Notes under the pieces: generated by a model
Databases searched by the model: none
What the model was told of the DNA's origin: nothing
The model's input: the letters and a program-made list of their open reading frames with translations, nothing else
In this document: one piece after another, positions 1 through 11,746 of the stretch
How the letters are laid out: each line of letters begins with the position of its first letter
Position numbering within the stretch: the first letter of the stretch is position 1
Position numbers and translations under genes: made by a program
NCBI GenBank assembly: GCA_020891255.1
Contig: BQFW01000008.1
Span: 2,604,001-2,668,000 of the forward strand
Length of the DNA: 64,000 bases
Direction: 5' to 3'
Source: Entomortierella parvispora E1425
Lineage: Eukaryota > Fungi > Mortierellomycota

Positions 1-1
1 C

Positions 2-796
2 CAGAAGCTGGCCAAAATCAACCCAGAGATCCAGATTGCAAGTTCAATCGAAGACCTCTACTCCCGATCCAACATCATCTTTACGTCCCTGGCTAACGAC
101 CCGGCTGTGGAGGAGGTCTACGAGATCCTTATTCGATGTGCCGAGACCGCATCGAACCAGCTAATCTTTGTCGAGACTGGTACCATCTACCCAGAGCTAG
201 CCATAAGTCTCAAGAAGCGACTCTCCAGCTTGCCAAAACAACACATCTATCTCCAGTGCCCTGTCTTTGGACGGCCCGAGGCCGCGGCGGCTGCACAACT
301 TCTCTGGGTGGCGAGCGGTGATGCCGCGACGATTGAGAGGCTCCATCCCATGTTCAGGTCAATGTCCAATCGAATCCTCGATCTCAAGACCGAGGACGTG
401 GCAGCAGGTTGTACGATGAAGCTCATCGGAAACTTCTTAATGATCGCTCAAACAGAGCTCATTGCAGAGAGTGTTAATCTGGCCAGAAAGTCGAATCTGG
501 ACACTCAGCACCTGCTTTCCTTTGTGGAGACGATCATGCCGGCCCCTATCATGGTCAACCTTCTCCAACGTACCATTGCTGGAGAAGATGCTGAGGAAGG
601 CGTCAAGACAACACTGACAATCGCGTCCAAGGATCTGCGTTGCATCGACAAGTGGGCTCAGACGCAAGGCGCGCCGCTGCCAACCGCCCGTACGATCTTG
701 GACCATTTCGAGGTTGCGAAAGAGAAGGGATACACCAAGAATTGGAACTTTATGATCGACAGTATCAATCACGCCGCAGGATCAAAGGAGCATTAG
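2..796 (+). CDS. NAD(P)-dependent 3-hydroxyacid dehydrogenase (3-hydroxyisobutyrate/6-phosphogluconate dehydrogenase family), 5'-truncated by the window edge
   Basis: The frame is open from position 2 (QKLAKINPEIQIASSIEDLYSRSNIIFTSLANDPAVEEVY). It contains ETGTIYP, LQCPVFGRPEAA and the catalytic-Lys motif MKLIGNF typical of beta-hydroxyacid dehydrogenases. Stop TAG ends at 796. Confidence 0.85.
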   Translation, partial: QKLAKINPEIQIASSIEDLYSRSNIIFTSLANDPAVEEVYEILIRCAETASNQLIFVETGTIYPELAISLKKRLSSLPKQHIYLQCPVFGRPEAAAAAQLLWVASGDAATIERLHPMFRSMSNRILDLKTEDVAAGCTMKLIGNFLMIAQTELIAESVNLARKSNLDTQHLLSFVETIMPAPIMVNLLQRTIAGEDAEEGVKTTLTIASKDLRCIDKWAQTQGAPLPTARTILDHFEVAKEKGYTKNWNFMIDSINHAAGSKEH

Positions 797-1505
797 GAGC
801 ATAGGAGCCTCGAATGTAAAAGTAAAAAAAAAAAAAAAAATGGAGCTGCGGGTCTCAGTAAAATGAGTAATCATCGATGCCATGTGTGGAAGGAAGGACC
901 ATTGGACGCGCCGAATATATTTTACGCGCAAAGAGTTAAACAGTTGAAATACACCTCTGATGGCCCATTTTGGCAATTGGGTCATGGGATGCGTAATACG
1001 ACCGACTTTGGGGGTTACTTGATGAACCCAAGTTTCCGCGGTAGATCAGAATGTCCAAAGGACGTCCGAGGAATGACCACGAGCACGGAGGATAGGCGAT
1101 CTCGAGAGCATTTGTCGGTGCTGAGAGTCCCAAGTGAAGCTCAGGTAAATATTAACGGAGCAGTGGCGGTGTCAGGCGACCGAGCGATCTTTGCAAGATC
1201 GTTAACTATTTGCCCATGGGCGCTCGGTGCCAGCGCAGCTCGAGTATTAAAAGACCGCCACGCCGTGTTTTGTTAAGCTTCCTGCGAGAGAGGGGTACAG
1301 CAGGAGAGCACTTGAATCCGAGAGAAGAGGTTAAGAAGAGGGAGAGGGGCATGACAGAGATGACAGACAGACAGGGGCGTGGTCTGTGAAACGAGACCTA
1401 AACAAGAAACAAGAGGGGACTGCTTGGTGGGAAATGTGCTTGCGGCTCTTCTGCTGCGGCTGCGGGGAGACGGCGTCGTCTTTGTGGGATTGCTCCAAAG
1501 GGGGA

Positions 1506-1512
1506 TATAAAA
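1506..1512 (+). promoter_or_regulatory. Putative TATA box of the ABCC gene
   Basis: TATAAAA about 190 bp upstream of the ATG at 1700, followed by a pyrimidine-rich leader. Confidence 0.4.
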
Positions 1513-1572
1513 GGGGAAGGAGCCTTGGATTGGATGTCCTTGTTTGTTCTTTACCTTCATCGATACCCACCA

Positions 1573-1640
1573 TTGCTGCTGCTACTACTGCGGCTACTAC
1601 TGCTACCACTACTACAACTGCTACTGCTACAACAACCACT
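1573..1640 (+). repeat. Imperfect (GCT/ACT)n trinucleotide microsatellite in the ABCC 5' leader
   Basis: tgctgctgctactactgcggctactactgctaccactactacaactgctactgctacaacaacc is read directly from the sequence. Confidence 0.75.
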
Positions 1641-1699
1641 TCCATATCGCACCACTTGCCCCTCCCTGCAAACACCTCCGTTCTCGCTCCTCCTACCAA

Positions 1700-4600
1700 A
1701 TGAACAACGGCCCATCCATATGGAACCTACCGCCTTCTACTGAACAGCCTCCCCCTTCTTCTGATCCTACCCTTGTTTGGATCCACGTCCTCTTTAACCA
1801 TGGTGGCTTCCTCTCTCTGATCGGCACGCCCGCCATTCTGGCCTTCCTGGCCTTTGTTTTTCGTATTCGATGGCTCCATCGCCACCGCCAGCCTCACGGC
1901 TTTGGCCGCACTGCGTTGATCTACTGGCCCAGCCAGATCTTGATCACCTTGTCTTTGCTGCCTCTCCTTTCTCTGCTTCTGTTGTTTAACGGCCATAGCT
2001 CAGAAAGCCATGGACTCGTCCCTGCGGCGATCCTCATGCTTGCTGCCTGGGTAAGGGGTCCTTTTCTCTTTTCTTCTTTCCGCTGAAAATCCTTCCTTTT
2101 GCTCGTACAACGAGCTCAAACTAAATTTTTGTTTTGTGCCTTCCTTCGATCTATTCCACAATGTAGTCGACCGGTCTGGTTCTCAACAAGAACGAGCACA
2201 AATACGAGATCCGTTCTTCGGACCTCCTCTTCCTTTTTTACCTGATCACCTTGCTCACTAGCTCGATCGGTCTCTACATCCTCAAGACTCTCTTGGAGGT
2301 CGGAGGTCAGCTTCCTGAGGGACTCTTTGTTCCTGCGTATCGTTCTCTCGGTTGGTTTGTTGTCATGATCGGACTCGCGTTCGTGGTCGAGGCCTGGCCA
2401 CGCACTCAGACCAGGGTCCAGATCGAGAGTCGTCAGAGAGACCATATGACTGCCAAAGAACAGGCCAACTTCTTTTCGCGTATTACCTATCATTGGATGC
2501 AGGGGATTGTCACGCTCGGTGCAACTCGTCCCCTCAAGGGCGAGGATCTTGATAACACAACCTCGGATGACCTCAGGTCGCACGTCAACTATGAGCGTGT
2601 CCAGGCTTTTTGGGAACGTGAGCTGGCCAAGAGCAAAAACTCTGGCAAGACACCTTCGTTGATGCTTGCCAACTTCCGTGCCTTCCGGGGCCGCATTGCC
2701 TTTTTGATGACTTGGCGAGTCGCCGGGTTGCTCCTCGGTTACCTGCCCTCGGTCATGCTCGGTCAATTGCTCCAGTTCTTCTCGGACTATGCAAACGCCA
2801 AGAGAGACGGAACAGAGCCTCCTTCGGTCAAAGTCGGTCTCTTGATCGCAATTGCCATGATGGCCAGCAATGTCTCTGCCACTCTGATCTTCACCAACTC
2901 CATGGAGGGAGTCATTGACCTCGGTATCGCTACTCGTGCCGCTGCTGTTACCATGATTTATCGAAAGGCCTTGCAGCTGTCACCTGCTGCCAGACAAAAG
3001 TCGACCTTGGGAGAAATTAGTAAGTGGGTCGAGGAATCTTTGATCTTTTTAATTTCATGATCGGCCGTATTGACAGTTGTGCTCGCCGGTCTACTCTTTG
3101 TGCAGCCAACCACATGGCCGTCGATGCTGACAAGTGGATCCAAGCCGCCAACTTCATGCCGTTCCTCATTACTACACCTTTTGAGTTGGCCCTCGGCCTG
3201 TACCTTCTCTCTCGTCAACTGGGCTGGGCTTTGGCTTCTGGTTTCACGGTCTTTATGATCATTGCTCCTTTGCAAACGAGACTGGCAGCGTTCATGACTG
3301 GATTCCAGGAAACCAAGCTCGAGTTCATGGATGCACGTCTGCGGTTGATGAGCGAAATCCTCTCCAACATCAAGATTGTCAAGCTCTATGGGTGGGAGGA
3401 TGCTTTCCGAGCAAAGATCAACGATGTTCGAACCAAGGAGTTGCACGCAGAAAAGATGCTTGCTACTATCCGCGCCCTCTTGACCATCGTTTTCTCATCT
3501 GTGACTTTGCTCATGGGTCTGGCTTCGTTCTCGGCCTTTGCTTATATTGGTGGACCAGGGTTCACCCCCGGAAAACTGACGCCTCAAGTGGTCTTTGTTA
3601 GTATCAGCCTATTTTCGATGCTCAGTCGTCCTCTGGGAATGATCACTCATATGGTCAGACAAACCATCGCTGTCCAAGTCGCCAACCGTCGTATCCAAGG
3701 ATTCCTCCTTTTGGAAGAGATTGATACTACCATGGTCGAGCGTTTACCCCGCCCCACTGTTGCCCGCGTAGGTTCCAAGAAGCGCAAGGAAGAGTTTTCT
3801 GTCATCGAGATTCAAGGAGCCACTTTTGCTTGGGCAAAAGAGGAAAAGCCAGATGCTGCATTGGAGAACGAGTCAAATGACCCCAAGAAGAACATAGGAG
3901 AACGTCAACCCTTGCTTTCTGGTTCATCTTCGTCCGTTGCAACTCCCTTGCGCCCTATCCTGTCGGATATCAACTTGTCTATCCCTGATGGATCATTGAC
4001 AACCATTGTCGGTCGTATTGGTCAGGGAAAGAGTTCACTCTTGTCTGCGATTATGGGAGAAATGTACAAGAAGCAAGGAACGGTCAGGGTCTTTGGAGAT
4101 CTTGCCATTGTTCCTCAGCAAGGTAACTATATCGTGGACAGACGCGTTTTTTGTTTTTGTAAGAATTGAGACTCACCATTGATCCACATTGCTTCTCTAT
4201 TAGCCTGGATTATTAATGCCACTGTAAAGGACAATATTTTGTTTGGAAAGCCCTTTGACCAAGAATTGTACAGCCGTGTTATATTTTGCGCTGGACTGGC
4301 CCCTGATCTGGAGATGCTCGCTGCTGGCGACCAGACTGAAATCGGAGAGCGTGGAATCAACTTGTCGGGAGGTCAAAAGCAACGTGTTTCCCTAGCTCGT
4401 GCCGCCTATCAGGATGCTGACATTTACCTCTTGGATGACCCTCTCAGTGCTGTGGATGCCCACGTGGATCAGCATTTGTGGCAACATCTTATCGGACCCG
4501 AGGGTATGCTCAAGAACAAAACTCGCGTCCTGGTGACCCATGGCATTCACCATTTGGAGCATGTTGACAAGATCGTGGTTCTCAAGGACGGCTTGATCTC

Positions 4601-6945
4601 AGAATCTGGCGACTATCTCCATCTGATGAAAGCAAAAGGCGCCTTTTACCAATTGATCCGCGACTTCTCGGCTGTCGAAAAGAAGAAGAAGCATGATAAT
4701 GGATCCAGTGAGGACTCTACCGCCGATGATGAGGATCGCAAGACTGTGGTGGCTGAAGTTGAAGAGGTCAAGAAGGACGGCGAAGATGAGAACACTGGTG
4801 AATTGATTGAGAGCGAATCCATGGCTGAGGGCAAGGTCACCATGAAAACAACCTTGGCCTATGTCAAGGCGATGTAAGTTGATTCTTTGTTCTTTCGAGG
4901 GGTTCTGTCATCTCCTCAATTCTCTGCTGACTGTTTTACTAATTTTCCCTGACTAGGTCTTATCACAAGTTCCTCTTTTGCTGCTTGTTCTTTGCTGTTG
5001 GCCAGTGTGCACATGTCGGCACCAACCTGTGGTTGCGTTTCTGGATTAGTGAGTCTGATGCTCGTGATCACGATGGAGGTGCACCCAGGCCCATCTCGTA
5101 CTATCTCTCTGGCTACGCGGCTTTGGTCCTCGTGTTTTTGATGTGTGATATCGGAGTCAACTATGTGACCGAGGTCGTCTGCGGTATCCAAGCTGCTACT
5201 ACCCTCCACAACCGTCTTCTCACCCGTGTTCTGCATCTTCCTATGAGGTAATATGTTGATTCCTTTACACGGCCTTACATGTGCTTTATCACTATTGGAT
5301 GCTAACCAACCACTTCTTCATTTCTTTACATGTCCTGCAGCTTCTTTGACACAACTCCGTAAGTATCTTTGGGTGTCCAGCTTTACTAATTTACCAGAGT
5401 TGATCACCAGTCGTCTAATTATGAGAGCCAATCCCCTATTTTGCTACTAGAATGGGCCGCATTGTCAATCGATTCTCAGGTGATATGGAAGCCGTTGACA
5501 GCAGTCTTCCTGAAGAGTGCAACGATCTCATGGCCTTCGTGACCATGATTATCGTTTCTCTTCTTGTCATCTCGTACTCGACCCCTGCGTTCCTCTTCAT
5601 GGTTCCGCCTTTGGCCTTTGCCTACTATTTGATCCAGGACTACTTTATCAAGACCTCCGGATCGCTCAAGCGCTTGTACTCGGTATCCAAGTCTCCCCTC
5701 TACCAACACTTTAGTGAGACTCTGAGCGGTGTAGCCACCATCCGTGTCACTCGTGGACTTCGTGAGCGCTTCATCGAGCAGAATGAGGTCAAGGCCGACA
5801 CTATTGTCAACCGTGTCAGCAACTATGTGCTTTTGAACCGTTGGCTTCAGATCCGTCTCGAGTTTATGGGCGCTAGCGTGGTGTTTGCTACATCTGCCTT
5901 GGCAGTTTTGACCGCCGACAAGCTCGACCCCAGTATGGTCGGTTTGGCCCTCAGTTACGCGCTGAGCATCATCAACTTCTTGAACTACTTGGTCCGTACA
6001 GTCAGTGAGGTCTCCAACTTGTTGGTCTCGGTCGAGCGTATTGAGGAATATTCGCACAAGCCTACAGAGGCACCCGCCATCACGGGTGTTCGCCCCCCTG
6101 CCAATTGGCCCCAGCATGGCAAGGTTGTCTTTAAGGATTACTCGGCCCGTTACCGCCTGGGACTCGATCTTGTCATCAAGGACGTTTCCTTCACTGTTCA
6201 GCCCACAGAGTCTATTGGTATTGTGGGTCGCACAGGTGCTGGTAAATCCTCATTGACCTTGGCCCTTTTCCGCATCATTGAAGCCGCCGACAGCTACTGG
6301 GCTATCCGCAGTGACCCCAGCAACACGTCGGAAAGTTTCTTGGGCGACATCCAAGAGAACGTCAATCCCTTATTGGCGAACCATGATGGTGGCTCCATTG
6401 AGATTGACGGTATTGACATTTCGACGATTGGTCTTCAGGATCTGCGTCGTCATTTGGCCATTATCCCTCAGGACCCTACTCTCTTTGCGGGCTCAGTTCG
6501 CGCAAACTTGGATCCTTTTGATGAACTTCAAGATGCAGATCTCTGGCAAGCTTTGGAGCGTGCTCACTTGAGAGACTACATTGCCACTCTCCCTGGTGGT
6601 CTTGCGTTTGAGGTAGCTCAGAACGGAGACAACTTTTCGGTGGGTCAGCGATCGCTGATCTGCTTGGCTCGTGCGCTTTTGAGAAAGACCAAGGTCTTGA
6701 TTTTGGATGAAGCTACAGCGGCCGTGGATGTGGAGACGGATGATCTGATCCAAAAGACGATTCGATCCGAGTTCAAGGACCGAACCGTGCTGACGATTGC
6801 CCATCGTATCAAGACTGTGATGGACTCTGACAAGATTCTGGTCTTGGAGAAGGGTCGAGTCCAAGAGTTTGAGAGTCCCAACAAGTTGTTGGAGCGCAAG
6901 AGTTCTCTGTTCTACAACCTGGCCCATCAGGCAGGAGAGATTTAG
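1700..6945 (+). CDS. ABCC/MRP (YCF1-like) full-size ABC transporter, TMD0-TMD1-NBD1-TMD2-NBD2, 7 exons
   Basis: Exons 1700-2050, 2167-3019, 3106-4122, 4204-4873, 4957-5247, 5341-5358 and 5451-6945 splice in frame with GT-AG introns. NBD1 has [17 protein letters not shown] and YLLDD (degenerate ABCC site). NBD2 has [20 protein letters not shown] and TIAHR. The [15 protein letters not shown] motif is present. Confidence 0.95.
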
Positions 6946-7638
6946 GAAATGATAGAGTCAGAAACTGATAGTTTTGGTCGATGAAATAAATAATTGTGCA
7001 CAGTGCAATTGAGCGAATATTTGTCCTTTTCCAACATCTATATTATATTTTTTTTGTGTCTTTCAAAGGTTCTATTTTAGTTCTAAAAGATGAAGGAAAA
7101 GGCAAAGTAAGGAGGAGAAAAGGAAGAGGGGGAAAGGGGAAAGAACAATGATCGGACCATTGCCAAATCGAGCAAGCAATTTTTTTTTTAGAAAAAAAAT
7201 CTATTTTTGTGCTGCGGTCAGGTGTGCTCTCCAGCGAATGAGAGGGCCGAATTTAGAGTTTTCGAGCCCCAAAAGTCCATATTGGCTCAGCCATTTTTCC
7301 CGCTTTTGTTGACATTCAGGGAGATCAATGGTGTGCGTGTGTGCGTGTTTTTTTGTTTTTGTTGTTTTGATACAAACAAAGAGAGAGAGAGAGAGAGGGC
7401 AATAACGAGTGGGTGGTGCATAACAAACAATTACAAGAAAGAAATAAGAGGGAAACAGAAAACGATAAGAGTGTGCGAGGTGTGTATATAAAAGAGGGTA
7501 GCAAACAGTGAAAGTCATGAAGAAGCAATAGAGACTAGCGTATAAAACAAAATGGCGGTACGAAGAAAAAACAAACATGAAAGGAGAGCAGGGAAAAAGA
7601 GCAATGCAAAAAAAAAAAAAAGAGGAAGGAGAAAGGAT

Positions 7639-8121
7639 TTAAGATCGAGAGCCAGACAGAAGCTGAGTCTGTTCAATGCTGGTTGGCCGACTACCGGATC
7701 GATTGTCCATCGCGTTCAAGATCGGCAAGCCATTGGGGTCGCAATTGGCGCTTGAGAGGCCTGTCGTGCCTCCTTGGGAAGCACTGCTGAACTTTGCCAA
7801 CTCCATATCCTCATCGAGAGCGAGGGCCATCATAAAGTCGTCCACAGACTGGCCGGGTGTGGAGGTCGGGGGAAGCGTTCTGGGTAGGCTCTGGATGGAC
7901 GAGGATGGATCGAAGAAGGGATCGTTGGAGTCACAGTTGGGTGATTGTGCTGCGGAAAAGTTGCAGTGATCGTCGGCACCATGGCGCAGTAATTGGGTTT
8001 GGTAGTCGCGGAGATGCTGCTGCTGGGCGACGGCACGATCACGGTTGATGGTGGCAGCTGGCATTGTGGAGGAGTGTACGGGTAGATCTGGCTTTGGACC
8101 GTCGGAGTATACGATCGACAA
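7639..8121 (-). CDS. Hypothetical low-complexity protein (160 aa, or 141 aa from ATG 8064)
   Basis: ATG-initiated intronless ORF with a CT-rich leader and TATATAAA on the minus strand at 8347-8354. No family recognised. Confidence 0.5.
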   Translation of the reverse strand: MSIVYSDGPKPDLPVHSSTMPAATINRDRAVAQQQHLRDYQTQLLRHGADDHCNFSAAQSPNCDSNDPFFDPSSSIQSLPRTLPPTSTPGQSVDDFMMALALDEDMELAKFSSASQGGTTGLSSANCDPNGLPILNAMDNRSGSRPTSIEQTQLLSGSRS

Positions 8122-10567
8122 GGTTGTGGAGTGGGTATGAGACTTGGATATGGGTATAGGAGTGAGCTAGTATTAAGGTGGGTGGCAAGAAGATGGATCG
8201 TTTCGCAGGGGTGGAGGAAAGGTGGGGTGAAGGTGAAGGAGGCGACGATCGTTGTTTGGACTAATTGCTTCGGTTTTTTGGGTTCTTGAGAGAGACTTTT
8301 TTTTGGAGAGCTGAATGAAAAAACGGAAAAGTGGCGGAATGCTGGGTTTATATAAGTTTGGAGCGTCCAAGGGTCGCACAGCCTGGTTTGTGTGATTTGT
8401 ATGAACACAGATCATGCGGATCGCTCTGACAAATATCCTAAAAGGGTTGTAGGATCGATTCTATTCACAAGGAACGCAGTTAATTGCCCAATGCAAGGGT
8501 TGGAGGCAGAGTTTAGGGCCCTGTGTTGACGGACGGCCTGACAGCCGCAGGAGGCAAGGGGGATGCAACACAAAACGGAAACGGGAGGACGAGAACAGAA
8601 GCAACAAACAAAAATCTAATATTGGATGGACTGCTAGGTCCTTGTCACACAGGGCACAATCAGGGCTGATACGACAGGCGACGGTGGGACGAGGGAAGGG
8701 GAAGGGGAAGGGAAAGGACCCTAAAATCTGCTCTTTTGGACTTTCCAGCCTCCCCACTTGCCGTAGTCGCCTCGTTCCCATCCCAGGTCACGCTGTCCGT
8801 TGCAGCGGTAAAAAAAATGGGTTACTATTTTGGACACACAACAGACTGTGGCTCGACCCTGGTCATTCCTCGGACACCAGCATGCAGCAGCACCGCAGAG
8901 CCACTCAAAGGCATTCGACACCAATCATGGGCCTTTAATGCAACAAACGTCAATTGAACATCATTTTTGCCACCTCTGCTAAAAAAAACCAAACAACAAC
9001 AGTCGACTGTCGACCCAGAATCTAGAGGTCAATTGCATCGATCTGCACCCTGCACCCTGCTGACCCTAGACAGATTGTCAAAGGAAATGAGCAAAAGGGC
9101 CAATCATGGATCATGGAAGCAACTATAAAGTCGAATGCTGTGAAAATCAGAGATAGGGACATGAGTGCAGGTCATGAGCCTACATGCAACTACGGCCCGC
9201 GTGGGAGGAATGCTCAAAAAAACAAGCAATTGAGCAAAGGGGGATACTCTGTCTTCTGCAACTGAGCAATGAAGACACTCTCTCCCCTCAATTGTCGCCC
9301 ACCCTTCTCTCTCCGTGGAATTTTTTTTTGCTGTTTGCTCACTTTTTTTTTTTTCTTTGATGAGCTCAACACTCATCTGACCCGTGCGCGGGAGGATTTT
9401 GTTGTTTTTTTAAAAAAAAAATTCGATCGGATCGTGGAGGGCGGCGACTGTGCCACACTGGATGTCGTGACATGTCTGTGTTTGTTCATTTCTTTCTTGC
9501 ACCATTTGCCACCCACAAAAGAAAAAAAAATCGTTTCCCTTTCTCCGCAGGCACTGCCGCATTGCATCAGGAGAGAAACTCCCTTTGCCTTGATTTTGTG
9601 ACTTTTGAGAGGAAAATAGCGTACTCAAACATGGGCTTGGGCAGCATGTCCAAAATAATTCTTTGGACTTGTCCCTAAAGTCGACACGGGGCAGAGGGGG
9701 CGTGCCAGGGCCATGCAGAGTATGAACGCATCAAGTTCATTCTTTGCTCTCCATCTCTCTACCTCGTTTCTTCCGGAATGAGCCATCCTTGGTCCGATCG
9801 CTTCTCAGGAACACAAAGGAGGCGCGGGTGTCCCTGACCATGCGTTGTCCCTTGCTGGAAGGGTTTTATCGCTGGGCAACACGTAGTGACACAGAGGTAG
9901 GACACGATGACAAAGAGAGGAGGAGGCGAGGGGAGGTGCTGCGGTGCCACTGTGAGGGGTTGGTGGCCGTCTACCCCTCTGATCTACCGACTAGCGCCGA
10001 TGAATGATTCTCTCGTTTATTATTTTTGTTTTCTCGGGGCCAACACACTCAAAATGTGAATTCCATCTTCCAAACGACGCGGGGGAGCATGTTCGTGGAC
10101 TGTTGACCTCCTTTTTTTCTTGTTCGCTGGCCCATCGTTGCAATTGACGCTGGCAGAGGTATGGAGGTATGGGGAGGAAGACATGTCCATATGAAATTTC
10201 AAACCCTGCTCTGCTCACCCTCATTCCGTATTTCGTTTTCGACTGACACGAAAACAACAGAAATCTAGGTGGTCTGGCCCACAAAGGCCAAAGAACCAAT
10301 CGTTTCAATCACCCTGGAGAGCCACTCGTGCGTGGTCCACATAACTCATTCCTTTGATTCCTACGCGTTCTCTGCGAGCTATAAGACTGAATTGTCATAT
10401 CCCCCCCCTCCCCCCTCACATCATTTCTCGCCTTTTTTTTTTATCCTTTTTTCTTCAATTTTCACACCCCATCTCTCCCCCCCACAGACCTCTGCGCGGC
10501 GTCCTACCTCATTTTTTTTGCTCTGAATTTTCACCTTTACCCGATCCTTTGCATCTAGAGAAAAAAC

Positions 10568-11746
10568 ATGAAGATCATTACTCTCTCCGCAGTACTCTGC
10601 CTTGCTGCCGCCGCTGCAGCCAAGTCTGATGTCCACCACCCCTCCATCATTGAACCTGGCAGTCTTGACAAGCGTACATTTGACGCTGTTGGCCGTCACG
10701 AGGACCAGCACAAGTCATCAAAACACAAAGAGCATGGTGTGGAAGCCCACAACGACGGAGGCAAGAAGAGCAGAGACAGATCGCACAAGGATGACCACGA
10801 GGAAGAGGACGACGAAAAGGAAGACGAGAAGGAGAAGAAGGGAGGCAAGAGTGATGAAGAGGACGACGACGACAAGAAGAAGAAGGGCGATGACAAGAAG
10901 AAGGATGACGATGACAAGAAGGACGACAGCGACGAGAAGAAGAAGAGCGGTGACGACGATAAGAAGAAGGGTGGCGATGACAAGAAGAAGGAGGGTGACG
11001 ACGATAAAAAGAAGGGTGGTGATGATAAGAAGACGGGAGGAGAGGGTAAGGATGCATCCAAGAAGGGATCCGACGGTAAGCCTGCTGTCGGCAAGGATGC
11101 CAAGCCCATCGTCGACGGAAAGAACGGAGTTGTCCCCAATCCTACCACGAACCCCAACATCCCTCGCGACTATGCCAATCCCTTGTGGTTGGTTCAACCC
11201 TTTGGTGGTAGCGTTTGGGAGCAAGGCCGTGCCTACGTGATCAGCTGGGGACCCAACCCTGACCCAATCTACTCCAAGAACCTCCAGGCAAAGGCCCCAG
11301 TCGATATCCGCTTGATGCGTGGACCTCCCGAGAAGTTGAGTGAGATCCAGCTCCTCAAGACAGGTGTTGATTCCTCCGTCCACATGTTCCAGTGGACCGT
11401 CCCCGCGACCGTGCCCCTAGCCAAAGACTACTCTATTCGCATCACTCACGCTGGTGACCTCGACACATACTCGCACTACTTTGAGATTGTCAAGGCGGGT
11501 GATCCCCGATCTACCAAGAGCAACGTTGGAGAGCCATTGCAGATGCCCAAGAAGGGTGACTCGCCCCAATCCCTCAACAAGGGCCCCATCAAGCCCGCGG
11601 CTCCACCAAACCCTCTCCCTGGTGACAAGGCCGCGACTCCTCCAGATGCCGCAAAACCGGCCAAGCCCGTAAACGCTGCCGATTCCATGAGTCCAAATAT
11701 CATGGCTTTTGCGCTGACCTTGTTTGGTGCCGTTTACTTCCTGTAA
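10568..11746 (+). CDS. Secreted, probably GPI-anchored cell-surface protein with K/D-rich repeats and a Kre9/Knh1-like (Ser-Thr-rich GPI family) beta-sandwich domain
   Basis: Signal peptide MKIITLSAVLCLAAAAAA, a Kex2-like LDKR site, and DDDKKKKG-type repeats. The domain WLVQPFGGSVWEQGRAYVISW...DIRLMRG...FQWTVP...DYSIRI...YSHYFEI is followed by a Pro/Ala spacer and a hydrophobic C-terminus (NAADSMSPNIMAFALTLFGAVYFL). Confidence 0.85.
   Translation: MKIITLSAVLCLAAAAAAKSDVHHPSIIEPGSLDKRTFDAVGRHEDQHKSSKHKEHGVEAHNDGGKKSRDRSHKDDHEEEDDEKEDEKEKKGGKSDEEDDDDKKKKGDDKKKDDDDKKDDSDEKKKSGDDDKKKGGDDKKKEGDDDKKKGGDDKKTGGEGKDASKKGSDGKPAVGKDAKPIVDGKNGVVPNPTTNPNIPRDYANPLWLVQPFGGSVWEQGRAYVISWGPNPDPIYSKNLQAKAPVDIRLMRGPPEKLSEIQLLKTGVDSSVHMFQWTVPATVPLAKDYSIRITHAGDLDTYSHYFEIVKAGDPRSTKSNVGEPLQMPKKGDSPQSLNKGPIKPAAPPNPLPGDKAATPPDAAKPAKPVNAADSMSPNIMAFALTLFGAVYFL

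Noticed and set aside
863-1276. 137-aa ATG ORF between the dehydrogenase and ABCC
   Set aside because: No motif, atypical composition and no leader. Likely promoter or terminator DNA.
5476-6927. Long antisense ORFs over ABCC (5476-6117, 6493-6927), and similar ones over the coiled-coil gene, DFG10, MAP2, ACAD and LYS12
   Set aside because: They are shadow ORFs produced by the codon bias of the real genes. Most use non-ATG starts and none has recognisable motifs.
9002-9042. Polylinker-like cluster of five 6-bp palindromes (GTCGAC x2, TCTAGA, CAATTG, ATCGAT)
   Set aside because: No vector context, and about one such cluster is expected by chance in 64 kb.
10602-11383. Alternative-frame ORFs over the K/D repeat (T/R-rich, S/F/L-rich, V/L-rich)
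   Set aside because: They are by-products of the GAC/AAG repeats. Only the 10568 frame has a signal peptide, a domain and a GPI-like end.
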